Shown piece by piece: positions 22,487 to 33,903 of a stretch of DNA of 33,903 bases. This DNA comes from Octopus bimaculoides (lineage: Eukaryota), in the NCBI RefSeq assembly GCF_001194135.2, contig NC_068982.1, positions 100,826,592-100,860,494 on the forward strand, in the 5' to 3' direction. The stretch's first letter is position 1. Every line of letters begins with the position of its first letter. The notes beneath the pieces are model-generated. The model was not told the DNA's origin. It worked only from the letters and a program-made list of their open reading frames with translations, and did not search any database. Made by a program: the position numbers and the translations under genes.

Positions 22487-22680
22487 AGTAGCTTGACCTA
22501 CAAGAAATAGCAGCCATATCTCCATCAAATCACACCCTACTGACTTTAAAAGAGAAGGACACATTTGATAATCTTGCCCTAGGTGCACTAAATCTGAAGA
22601 GAGATGTGGTAGTCACAACTGCAATACTTCTGACCACAGATCAGTTCAGTCCATGCTAACCTATGGCTAAATAACACCAT
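22487..22680 (+). repeat. Dispersed repeat family E (unclassified)
   Basis: GAAATAGCAGCC...CAAATCACACCCTAC motif. A diverged reverse copy lies at about 31065-31235 and a fragment at about 5965-6000. Confidence 0.5.
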
Positions 22681-22853
22681 TTTCAACAACATCAACACCA
22701 TCATAATTGTCTTTGGACAGGATAGGGTGTGAGTTGAACTGTGAACCAAGGTGGGGAAAAAAAAAAAAATCTAGTTCCACCCATAGCTGTCTTCCTGGCA
22801 TTATAAAGCCCCAGGAAAAATCAATGCATTGAACCCTGAATGGGTTATATCTA

Positions 22854-22991
22854 CAGGGTGGGCCCAATGGTCATGTACGAAATAGGTTCAATATGCTCTG
22901 GACTTATCAAAAACATGCTCCAGCTTTTCTAAAATTGAATAAAATAGGATGAAATGATTATGAATACATATGTACTTGAACATGAACAAAA

Positions 22992-23035
<44 letters not shown>

Positions 23036-23588
23036 TCTTTCTGTTATAGGCACGAGGCCTGAAATTTTTGGAGAGGGGACTTGTTGAATTCGTTGACCCC
23101 AGTGTTTCAGTGATAATTAATTTATTGACCCCAAAAGGATAAAAGGTAAAGTCAACCTCGATGGAATTTGAACTCAGTATGTAGTGATGGGCGAAATACC
23201 GCTGGCCACCTTAATAATAATGATGGTTTCAAATTTTGACACAAGGCCAGCATCCTGAGGCACATCGACCCCAGTGTTCAACTGGTACTTATTTTATCAA
23301 CCCCCAAAAGGTAAAGTCAACCTCAGCGGAATTTGAACTCAGAACGTAAAGATAAAAAAAATGCTGCTAAGCATTTTGCCTGATACTGTAATGACTCTGC
23401 CAGCTCACTGCCTTAATAATGATAATAATAATATTTTCAAATTTTGGCACAAATCCAGCAATTTCAGGAGAGGGGGTTAGTTGATTACATCAACCCCAGT
23501 ACTCAACTGGTACCTATTTTAATCAGCCCCAAAATGTAATATAAATGAAAAGTGAAATGATTTTGTGCATGACTTTTGGCTCACCCTG
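22854..23588. mobile_element. Tc1/mariner-type MITE, copy 2, with three nested SINE C copies (about 23035-23520)
   Basis: TA flanks at 22852-22853 and 23589-23590. TIRs CAGGGTGGGCCCAATGGTCAT and revcomp CAGGGTGAGCCAAAAGTCAT. Arms are homologous to 751-1050. The SINEs sit in the central (AAT)n. Confidence 0.8.
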
Positions 23589-24590
23589 TATTTATTGACA
23601 GAAAGCCACAGCTTTCCTTGATCAGAATTGGGCCCCTAGACCCATGAGTTCTCTGGGCAACTGCACAGTGAGCCCATGCCTTAAGCCACCGTTGATTCCA
23701 CTCATATGCCATACACTAATACAACCTACAATATTTAGATAAAACCTACCCTGTTGCCTGCCCATTGCTAATGAAGAAAATATGAGATTTTACTTTCACT
23801 TTCCCCAGCTGTACTTAGCTACACTTTGCCACTCCGCATTAGCCCACAACACCTCCATAAAAATTAGGTGTGATATGATAGGGTGGGTATCAGTAGCATT
23901 TAATGAAAGTGGAGTAGAGTGGGCTATATTGCCTTATCATTTAGTTAAGGGTGTTAAAGAGATTTTGGTTCTGCTAGTTCTGCTGTGTTGTCTGTTTATC
24001 CAAAATTCTTGGAAAGTGGTTGTAAATAAGCTTGTAACACCTCCTCTATTTTCCCACCTCTATTTCTCTCTCACACGCACACACATCCATATATAAACAT
24101 ACATACATACATACATACATACACATGTGTGTGTGTGTGTATACAGACATTCATGTGTATATACACAAACACATGCATAAACTTCTATATACACATATAC
24201 ATACTCACACACATACATGTACAGACACGCATACATATAGATATACATGTACACAGACGCACACTCACCTATACAGAAATTCCATGTCACATAATACACA
24301 AATATACTCATACACATGCATACATGTGTGCACGCATAAACATATATACATACACACACACACATGCACATATATACAGCGTATGCACATCTCTCATTCC
24401 TCATGTACTTGGCAACATAAACACAACAACAACAACAAACTTATCAATTAACCAAGATTAGGTGGGAGTTATTTTCAGTGTTTTTTTATTTTTATTCATA
24501 TATTTATTTTTTGACTACCTATTTTTTTATTTTTTTATTTATTGTTATTATAATTAATATTGTTATCATTATCATTATTTATTATCATCA

Positions 24591-24630
<40 letters not shown>

Positions 24631-25036
24631 CATCATTATTTGATGTTGCATTTCTCCTCTCTTCTTTCGGGTAATGTCAGTAAATAGGGAGGATTATATT
24701 GCAAACCTGTCCAACCCACCACAAAATAAAAATAAAATAAAATAAAGATGTAGAAAAGGAAAACAAGAAGTCATTAAAAGAAGATGGAGGAGAGGAAGAG
24801 GAAGAGTGAAACTGTGCAGTAGGGTGGGGGTGGTGGTTAAGATGGTGATGTGATGAGGATGATGCAGTGGAAGATGTGAGTAAAATTGAGATGATAAGGA
24901 AAGTGGAGCCTTGCAAATGGGTGGAGAAACGAAGGATGATGTATAACAAAGATGGGGAAATGAGTTGATGGTGATTATACCGAGTTTATAATCCTTATCA
25001 TTACCTGTCCTCATATACATATATATATACACACAT

Positions 25037-25193
25037 GAGTGGTTGGCGTTAGGAAGGGCATCCAGCTGTAGAAACTCTGCCAAATCAGACTGGAGCCTGG
25101 TGTTGCCATCCGGTTTCACCAGTCCTCAGTCAAATCGTCCAACCCATGCTAGCATGGAAAGCGGACGTTAAACGATGATGATGATGATGATGA
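25037..25193 (+). mobile_element. Family D retroposon 3' end, CpG-rich young copy with (GAT)n tail
   Basis: GTGGTTGGCGTTAGGAAGGGCATCCAGC...GGAAAGCGGACGTTAAACGATGATGATG. Retained CpGs suggest recent insertion. Confidence 0.82.
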
Positions 25194-25213
25194 CATGTAT
25201 ATACTTACATGTG

Positions 25214-25267
<54 letters not shown>

Positions 25268-25268
25268 C

Positions 25269-25307
<39 letters not shown>

Positions 25308-25690
25308 ATCATACATACTTACATACTAGTCAAACAGATGTATACATGTACACTCAAATAAAATATGATAGATAGAAATATTTCATAGATTTCCTTCTCC
25401 TGTTGACTTCATCATATACACTCTCTGTCTTTGACAAACAACCAAAAATAAAATAGCATTAATGCCTAGTTGTATCAGTTGACTTCTCAGAATAAAATAA
25501 TTAAGACAAAGTATTAAACTCTCTCATGAAACTCACTGAAATTAACCCAGAATTTCTAAAGAATCGCTCTGGAACTTTTCCTATAATCTGAAATTCTTCA
25601 GAACATGTCTTGTATTTCTACAGAACCTTTCTGGAATATTGTTAAAGTGTGAATTTAAACTCTTCTGTAGAATTTTGTATGAGTTTCTAT

Positions 25691-26098
25691 AGGTATAGGT
25701 GTGGCTGTGTAGTAAGCAGTTTGCTTCCCAACTATATGGCTCCGGGTTCAGTCCTACTCCGTTGCACCTTGGGAAAGTATCTTCTACTATGGCCTAGCTT
25801 CAGGCTGACCAAAACCTTGTGAGTAGATTCGGTAGACGGAAACTGGACGAAGCTGGTTGTATAAATATCTTTGTGTGTGTCTTTGTGTCTGCATTTGTCC
25901 CCCACCACCGCTTGACAACCAGTTTTGGTGTGTTTACACCCCTGTAACTTAGTGGTTTGGTAAAAGAGGCCAATAGGATAAGTACCTGGCTTAAAACAAT
26001 AAAGATATAAGTACTATGGTTGATTCATTTGACTAAAATTCAAGGCAATGCCCCAGCATGGCCACAGTCTAATGATTGAAACAAAAGAGATAAAAGAG
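25691..26098 (+). mobile_element. SINE family A, full-length, diverged
   Basis: Matches the family A head and tail. Confidence 0.8.
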
Positions 26099-26109
26099 GT
26101 CTTCCTTAG

Positions 26110-26260
26110 AATATTCTTTTCTACTCTAAGCACAAGGCCTGAAATTTTTGGGAAAGGGGCCAGTCGATTAGATTGACCCAGTACGCAACTGGTACTTAAT
26201 TTATTAACTCCGAAAGGATGAAAGGCAAAGTTGACTGCGGCAGAATTTGAACTCAGAACA
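26110..26260 (-). mobile_element. SINE family C, 5'-truncated
   Basis: GCACAAGGCCTGAAATTTT...GGCAAAGTTGAC...GAATTTGAACTCAGAAC. Confidence 0.8.
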
Positions 26261-26338
26261 CTTCACTTTTTTTTTTTCCATTATATACTTGGGAAAGGCA
26301 GGAAGGACGGGCAAAGGCATGAATGATTGTCAGAGGCA

Positions 26339-26414
26339 TGAATAATCCTTAACATAAGGATTATAATGAATAATCCTTAACATAAGGATTATAATGAATA
26401 ATTCTTAACATAAG
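26339..26414. repeat. 28-bp tandem repeat (2.7 copies) with an internal 9-bp hairpin per unit
   Basis: Unit TGAATAATCCTTAACATAAGGATTATAA at 26339-26366 and 26367-26394, partial to 26414. ATAATCCTT/AAGGATTAT is self-complementary. Confidence 0.9.
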
Positions 26415-26454
26415 CTCAACTATAACTCTGAAATGCCATCTCAATGTATATATA

Positions 26455-26836
26455 TCTTTTATTCTTTTACTTGTTTTAATTATTTGACTGTGGCCATACT
26501 GGGGCACGGCCTTGAAGGGTTTTTAGTCAAACAAATCGACTCTAGAACTGATTTTTTAAATCCTAGTACTATTCTATCAGTCTCTTCCGTTGAACCGCTA
26601 AGTGATAGGGACGTAATCACCCTGACACAGATTATGAAGCAGTAGTAGTGGGACAAACACAAACACAAGGACACACACACATATGATAGATTTCTTTCAG
26701 TTTCCATCTACCAAATCTACGCACAAGGCTTTGGTTAGCACAAAGCTATAGTAGAAGAGGTGCCATGCTGTAGGACTGAATCCAGAACCATGTGGTTGGG
26801 AAGCAAGCTTCTTACCACATAGCCACGCCTGCACCT
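26455..26836 (-). mobile_element. SINE family A, reverse orientation
   Basis: Reverse complement of the family A head and tail. Confidence 0.8.
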
Positions 26837-28077
26837 TTATATATACATATATATATACACATGCAAAAAGTCTTTGTCCTTCTGCTTTCCATCATGATTT
26901 TCAATGTGGTGACCATTCACTTTGTCATCAACATCATGCCTGCTATCATCTTCATCATCATTACAAACGTCATCCTTTAGAAATATCATCATAGCCATCA
27001 TCATTGTAATGCATATCAAACACATCACAAACATCATGGCTGCCATCCTTATAACCATCTCCTTCCACTTTCTCCTCCTCTCCTCTTCCTCTTCCCTTCC
27101 CCTCCCTCCCTTCCCCTTCCTCACCATCATCATCAACCATAACAATGACAACAACAGAACAACAAACACAAACTATTATTTTTTGTCACTGACAGTTTTA
27201 TTACTTCTGGGCACTATTTTTTCCTATGACATTTTACAAAATCAGTTACAACACACACACACGCACACACATAGACATAACTGTTTAACACACATACTAT
27301 TTATACACACATACAATTATGCACTCCACCTTACTTACACCCACACACATGGAATTATGCATACATACACCTGCAGGTGGTCGTGTATGGATTGGTCGCC
27401 CAGAATAAGGTTAAGACCAAGTCAGACGTAAGTAATTTTGGGAATTTTAAAGGTGCTACAGACATGTACAGTCGGCATTGTCTTCTAACTATTCCCAGGC
27501 AAGTATCACTTTTAATATCATGTCCAGTAGTAGTAGCAACAACAATGACAACAGTGACAGCAACACCAACAACAATAAAAGCAACAGAAACGCTAATAAC
27601 CGATTCCACTTCCGCATGAGGTCAAATGAAAGAATTAAACATCTATCAGTTCAAATAATATTCATTCATTGCTTTTGTTCATTTTACATCTGTTTTCCCA
27701 TGCTAGCATGGGTTAGATGAAATGCATTGAAGTAGTGCTTTTCAAAGCCAGATGCACATCCTGTTACTAGCCATCTGCTTTCAAGTGAGTGATTATGTAT
27801 GTATGTATGTATGTATGTGTGTGTGTGTGTGTGCATGTATGTATGTATGTATGTATGTATGTATGCGTATGTGTGTGTGTACATGCGTGTATGTATGTGA
27901 TATGTGTGTACGTTTGTGTGCATATACGTGTGTATGTGAGTTTGTGTATTTGCATATATACGTGTGTGTTAATTGTATTTTCACATTTATGTGTTGTGTT
28001 TATTTATGTCACTGTCCTCAATGTTTGCTTGCTATTCCCAGCAGTTGTTTGCTGTTGATGCCACTAAAAGTGAACAT

Positions 28078-28461
28078 AGGCGCAGGAGTGGCTGTGTGGT
28101 AAGTAGCTTGCTTACCAACCACATGGCACCTTGGGCAAGTGTTTTCTACTATAGCCTCGGGCCGACCAAAGCCTTGTGAGTGGATTTAGTAGATGGAAAC
28201 TGAAAGAAGCCCGTCATATATATGTATATATATATATATGTATGTGTATCTGTATTTGTCCCCCCACCATCGCTTGAGAACCGATGCTGGTATGTTTACA
28301 TCCCCGTAACTTAGTGGTTCGGCAAAAAGAGACCGATAGAATAAGTACTAGGCTTACAAAGAATAAGTCCTGGGGTCGATTTGCTCGACTAAAGGCGGTG
28401 CTCCAGCATGGCCACAGTCAAATGACTGAAACAAGTAAAAGAGTAAAAGAGAGTTAAAGAG
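28078..28461 (+). mobile_element. SINE family A, young copy with a small deletion spanning the B-box
   Basis: CpG-rich. ACCACATGG is joined directly to CACCTTGGGC, so the GGTTCAGTCCC segment is missing. Confidence 0.85.
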
Positions 28462-28824
28462 TAATATTATCATTAGAGTTGGTGTGAAATTGTAATGATT
28501 TTGGGATGATAACTGATGAAGGAAGATCATATTCATGTCTTGTATGTGAATTTTCCATTTGTTCTTTTGTCAAATGTGAGTGTTTGTGTGTGTGTGTGTC
28601 TGTATGTATGTTTCCTTGTCTTGACATCATGAACTAGTTGCAAATGAGTGTCACTGTGATACAAGCAATGTCATTCATTTTCAATGTTCTGCAAAAACTT
28701 GTCTGGCCACGGAGAAATATCACCTTGCTTGGAAACAGGTGAGGATTGGTGACAGGTAGGATGTTCAGTCATAGAAAATCTGCCTTAATAAACTCTCTTG
28801 GAACCCACACGAGCAAAGAAAACT

Positions 28825-29135
28825 GGCGCTCTGTCGGTTATAATGATGAGGGTTCCAGTTGATCTGATCAATGGAACAGCCTGCTCATGAAATTAATGTG
28901 AAAGTGGCTGAGCTCTCCACAGACACATGTACCCTTAACAAAGCTCTCAGAGAGATTCAGCATGATACAGAACGTGATAAGGCTGGCCATTTGAATTACT
29001 AGTGATTTTTGTCAGCTGAGTGAACTAGAGCAACATGGAATAAAGCGTCTTGCTCAAGGACACAATGCACTGCTGGGAATTGAACTCATGACCTTTTGAG
29101 CCATATAACCTTAACCACTTAGCCATGCACCTTCA
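28825..29135 (-). mobile_element. Old SINE with a family-B-like 3' part and a family-F-like 5' part
   Basis: 28825-28990 resembles 16890-17070; 28995-29135 resembles 7770-7896. Confidence 0.6.
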
Positions 29136-29314
29136 CTCTAAGCATGTAAAAGTAGCCATTGGAATGATGATAATGATGATAGTGATAATGATGGTGATGA
29201 TGATATGATGACATACATATATGTTTGTTTACATATACTTTTATACCAAAAAGAAAAAAATATTCCTCAACTATGTGTGTGAGCATGTGTGAGTATGTGC
29301 ATTTGTGTGCGTGC

Positions 29315-29354
<40 letters not shown>

Positions 29355-30214
29355 TTCAGTGGTTGTGGTTGTGATTGTGGTTGTTGTTTAACATATGTAT
29401 ATTGATATTTGGTACACTTGAATATGTTGTCTTTGAACTATAAATCCACATCTACTTCAGCCATGGTAATAATATCAGATCCCATGTAAGCAATACACTG
29501 CATGAGTATATACTGCATTACACCATATGTTTTCACTACCATAGAGTGTTAGCCATCATGTGACAAGAAACTTTGGAAATCTATACTTTGTCACCCTGGG
29601 TAATATCAGGAAATATGGCATATATACAATAATTATCATTTAACTTATATCAGATTTCTTGGTTCTTAATACAAAAAGATGAAATGAAAACTAATTTCAA
29701 AATGAAAATATTTATCAAAATGAATAAATGAATGCATTCTCAAATTATATGAAAGAAAATGAGAAAATTAATTTCCTGTTACAGAATTTTATATTACAGC
29801 AAGATTTTCAAGAACTCATTATTTCCATAATGTGTGGGAGTGTCTCTCTTATTCTATGCATGTGTGTGTGTGTGTAGTATTCCATTACTCATTGCCTGCA
29901 ACCAAACCCAATATGTACATTCATTCTGCACCTCTTATTTTAAGTCTCTCTATAACTCTCTTTCACTTACTCTTTATCTCCCCCTAAATATGATGTAAAG
30001 TATGACTGGAGAAATCAACCAATCAACCAGCCAACATAAATATCAGCTGTTATTATATAGAAATGCTACATGCATTTCTACATTTTACTACACCGATATT
30101 ATACTGTATTACACCACATGTCCTTCATTTTAAAACTATACCATACTATACTCATTTGCATATTTAACACAAATACAAACGTCACTATCCTCCTCCTCCT
30201 CCTCCTCCTCTTTT

Positions 30215-30375
30215 GATGCCCATCTTTGATGCTGACATGGGGTGGATAGTTTGATAGGAATAAATAGGTTCCAGGACTGCATCATATTCCAATATCTGCT
30301 TTGGCATGGTCTCTATGACTGGATGTCTTTCTTATGCTAACTGCCTCACAAGGTGAACAGGGTGCCTTTTTTATG
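30215..30375 (-). mobile_element. Family D retroposon, old
   Basis: TTGGCATGGTCTCTATGACTGGATGTCTTTCTTATGCTAAC is a decayed version of the family D motif. Confidence 0.5.
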
Positions 30376-30507
30376 AGGTTGTCATGAAGGTTACAAAACT
30401 AAGGTCACCTTCAACTGAGAGGGGCTATGAAAGAGAAGGAGGCAGCTTTATGCAAGGAGATGAGAATTTAAAAAACAGAACATGTTTATTGCTGTAGAAG
30501 AGCTACA

Positions 30508-31004
30508 TGGTAAAGTCGACCTCAGCAGAATCTGAACTCAGAATGTGATGGCAGACGAAATACTGCCAAGCATTTTGTCCGGTGTGCCACCCTTTTTAAT
30601 GAAAATAATAATTAATTCGTTTTATTGGCCACAAGGGCTAATATCAATTAAAAACATCTAAGGACAAAGACAGGACGAAGGTTACAAAAGGTTTTGACCG
30701 AAAAGGTAGGAAAGTTCGTCTAAACAGAGGAAGAAAACGGAGAAAGATATTATAAATAAATAAATGGATAAATAAATAAATAGAATAAATAGAAAAAAAA
30801 AATAATCCTTTCTACTATAGGCACAAGACCTGGAATTTGGCAGGAGGGGACTAGTCGATTACGCTGCGTTTCACTGGTACTTAATTTATCGACCCCAAAA
30901 GGATGAAAGAAAAAGTCGACCTTAGCGGAATTTGAACTTAGAACATAAAGATGGACAAAATGGCACCAAACATTTTGCCCGGCATACTAACAACTCTGCC
31001 AGTT
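30508..31004 (-). mobile_element. Two SINE C copies (about 30508-30592 partial; about 30800-31004)
   Basis: AAAGTCGACCT...GAACT(C/T)AGAA motifs. Confidence 0.75.
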
Positions 31005-31317
31005 CAAAAGATAGAAAATATCAAAACCTGACAAAATAAGAACCTAGAGGAATAAGCCAAATAATTGTTAAGAAAAGGTCAACTCTAATTAAGCAGACTT
31101 ATAATATTATCCAAGGTATTCCAGCGATGACTATCATTGCTGTTTTGAAAAAGAAAGATATAGGATTATATTGTCTAATGGTAGAGTGTAGTTTGAGGTT
31201 GATTGGGTTACTATGTCTAGCAGATTGGGCAACCATGAAGAGCATCTTTGTTGCATTAGCAATCTGGTGGGTTGTGGTGAAGGGTGTTCAAAATGGCAGA
31301 ATGTAGTGAAAACAGAG

Positions 31318-31560
31318 AGAGAGGGGGGAATGAATAAGAGAGAGAGGGAGGATGAATAAGAGAGAGAGAGGGGGGATGAATAAGAGAGAGAGAGAGGGAA
31401 TGAATAAGAGAGAGAGAGGTGATGAATAAGAGAGAGAGGGGGATGAATAAGAGAGAGAGAGAGAATAATAGAGAGAGAGATGAATAAAAGAAAGAGGGAT
31501 GGGTAAGAGAGAGACGGAGAATAAGAGAGAGAGGGGAATGAGAGATGGGGGATTGAGAGA
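31318..31560. repeat. GA-rich minisatellite, unit about GAATAAGAGAGAGAG(G)nAT
   Basis: About 9 degenerate units seen directly. Confidence 0.85.
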
Positions 31561-32438
31561 GAATTTATCCTTTCATTCTATCTCCATAGTTAAAATAAAA
31601 TAAATAAATNNNNNNNNNNGGGGGATTTTGTGGTGTGTGTGTGTGGGGGGATTTTGTGGTGTGTGTGTGTGTGGGGATTTTGTGGTGTGTGCGGGGCTAG
31701 GGGATGAAGGGGTGTAGATCTGGTCCTAGCTTGTCTAGTCAGGATGCCACCACATACCACTACCACTACCACCATCACCATCACCACAACTCCTTCAACC
31801 TACAACTACTGCCTGCCCCATTGTGACACACAGCAGGTTTATTAAATGTCAGTGGAGTGGTTTTTGCCAAACTGAGATGTTGGGTCATTACTAGACACAT
31901 GCACACACACACACACAATCGTTAGATAGATGGTTTGATAGATAAATAAATAAATACGTAAGTAAATTACACAAACATGTTGTCGGTCGGTCGGGTGGGG
32001 GCGCGGTGGGGTGGATTGGAGGGTGTTTTTGTTTTTGAGATCGACAGTCTAAACAAAAACAGTAACAACTCGGAGAAATACATTGCTAATTTTAAATTCT
32101 ATTATTTCCTCTTCATCATCATCATCATCATCATCATCGTTGTCGTCAGAACACCACCACCTTACCATCACCATCATTCTGTTAGTATCATTCAAGCCAT
32201 CATCAACGTTATCTTCTTCATTGTTATCAGCATCGTGACTATGATAATGATGATGATGGATAGAAGGATCATCATTATCATCATCATCAACAAGACAACC
32301 ATCACCATCATCACCACCACCACCACCACCATGCCACCACCATGCTCTCTTCATTCTCCTCATCAAAATTAATACAAGTTGCTTTACAGGTTTTCACATT
32401 TTAAATTTAATTGTTGACATTTGATGGTATTTGTCATA

Positions 32439-32978
<540 letters not shown>

Positions 32979-33093
32979 GGCAGTGAGCTGGCAGAATTGT
33001 TAGCATGCTAGGCAAACTGCTGCCAAGCATTTTACCTGGCTTGACATTCTGAGTTCAAATTCCGCCAAGGTCGACTTTGCCTTTCATCCTTTC
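32979..33093 (+). mobile_element. SINE family C 5' half, directly following (ATT)n
   Basis: GGCAGTGAGCTGGCAGAATTGTTAGC...GAGTTCAAATTCCGCCAAGGTCGACTTTGCC. Confidence 0.82.
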
Positions 33094-33156
33094 TGAGCCC
33101 AGAACCATGAAGTTGGGAAGCAAGCTTCTTACATATATTATACATTTAATATATAT

Positions 33157-33359
33157 GTGCTGGTGACATGTAAAGAGTACCCCATACACACTCGGTGTAG
33201 TTGGCGTTAGGAAGGGCATTCAGCTGTAGAAACCAAGCCAAAACCGATTGGATCCTGGTGCAGCTCTCCAGCTTACCAGTTCCAGTCAAACCATCTAATC
33301 CATGCCAACATGGAAAGTGGATGCTAAATGATGATGATGATGATGATGATGATAATGAT
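33157..33359 (+). mobile_element. Family D retroposon 3' end with (GAT)n tail
   Basis: GTTGGCGTTAGGAAGGGCATTCAGCTGTAGAAAC...CATGGAAAGTGGATGCTAAATGATGATG. Confidence 0.8.
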
Positions 33360-33394
33360 GTGTTTATATATTTATGCATGCCAGTGGTATCTTC

Positions 33395-33570
33395 AATATA
33401 TATACTTCAGAAGCTGACTGATATGCAGAAGAGCATTGCAACCTATCTAAACATTGGCCTTACTATTAACCTCAGCCTGAAGATCTAAAGAACCGTATCA
33501 ACCTACACTGGAGACACCAAATATCAGACATAACATCAAAACCAAAAGTCAAGCGGTAAATGGAATGGTG
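33395..33570 (+). pseudogene. Possible very old LINE reverse-transcriptase remnant
   Basis: LQKLTDMQKSIATYLNIGLTINLSLKI* resembles the 'LQ.......(F/I)GLTI' segment after the RT YADD motif. Stops and frameshifts follow, so the support is weak. Confidence 0.35.
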
Positions 33571-33762
33571 CACACATTCAATCAGAATTGTTGGAGACAT
33601 AATGAAATTAATGCTCTTGAACATAATGCATAATTGGATACTTATATGTTATATATATATATGTACAAATGTATGAGTGTATATAAGTGAATGTGTGTGT
33701 TGAGACACACACACACAAGCCACATACACAACACTCATATGTGTATATATACATACATACAT

Positions 33763-33804
<42 letters not shown>

Positions 33805-33903
33805 TGTGCAGGCACACAAGCATATACATGAACATACACACACTTCTATATCTACAGGCATGCATAAATGCACATCTACAATATTACACTTTATATATAT
33901 ATA

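Noticed and set aside
31620-31692. Three copies of GGGGATTTTGTGGTGTGTGTGT
   Set aside because: Directly adjacent to a 10-N gap; may be assembly stutter.

Overview
AT-rich, microsatellite-saturated metazoan genomic DNA with four N-gaps (8646-8931, 18082-18731, 31610-31619, 32561-32885). The SINE families look like those of Octopus; this is my recognition and was not database-checked. Nearly all ORFs in the supplied track are artefacts of simple repeats. I can support one host coding exon, which the track misses: a 147-nt, phase-1/phase-1, minus-strand exon (5558-5704) encoding the CSPG/Calx-beta junction of a FREM2/FREM3-like (ECM3-type) basement-membrane protein. The rest of the window is therefore probably its large flanking introns. 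These introns hold an open-frame RTE LINE fragment, a decayed Tc1/mariner transposase, two copies of a TA-flanked MITE, and dozens of SINE copies from at least 5 families. They also hold a foldback element with a (CCCTAA)n core and three type I hammerhead-ribozyme motifs (2942-3057 minus, 11241-11328 minus, 18931-19034 plus). The three hammerheads share an unusual build: a long, structured stem II and a minimal, near-palindromic stem III. Each sits in a 200-350 bp cassette abutting (TA)n, and two are sense to the inferred FREM pre-mRNA, one on each side of the exon.
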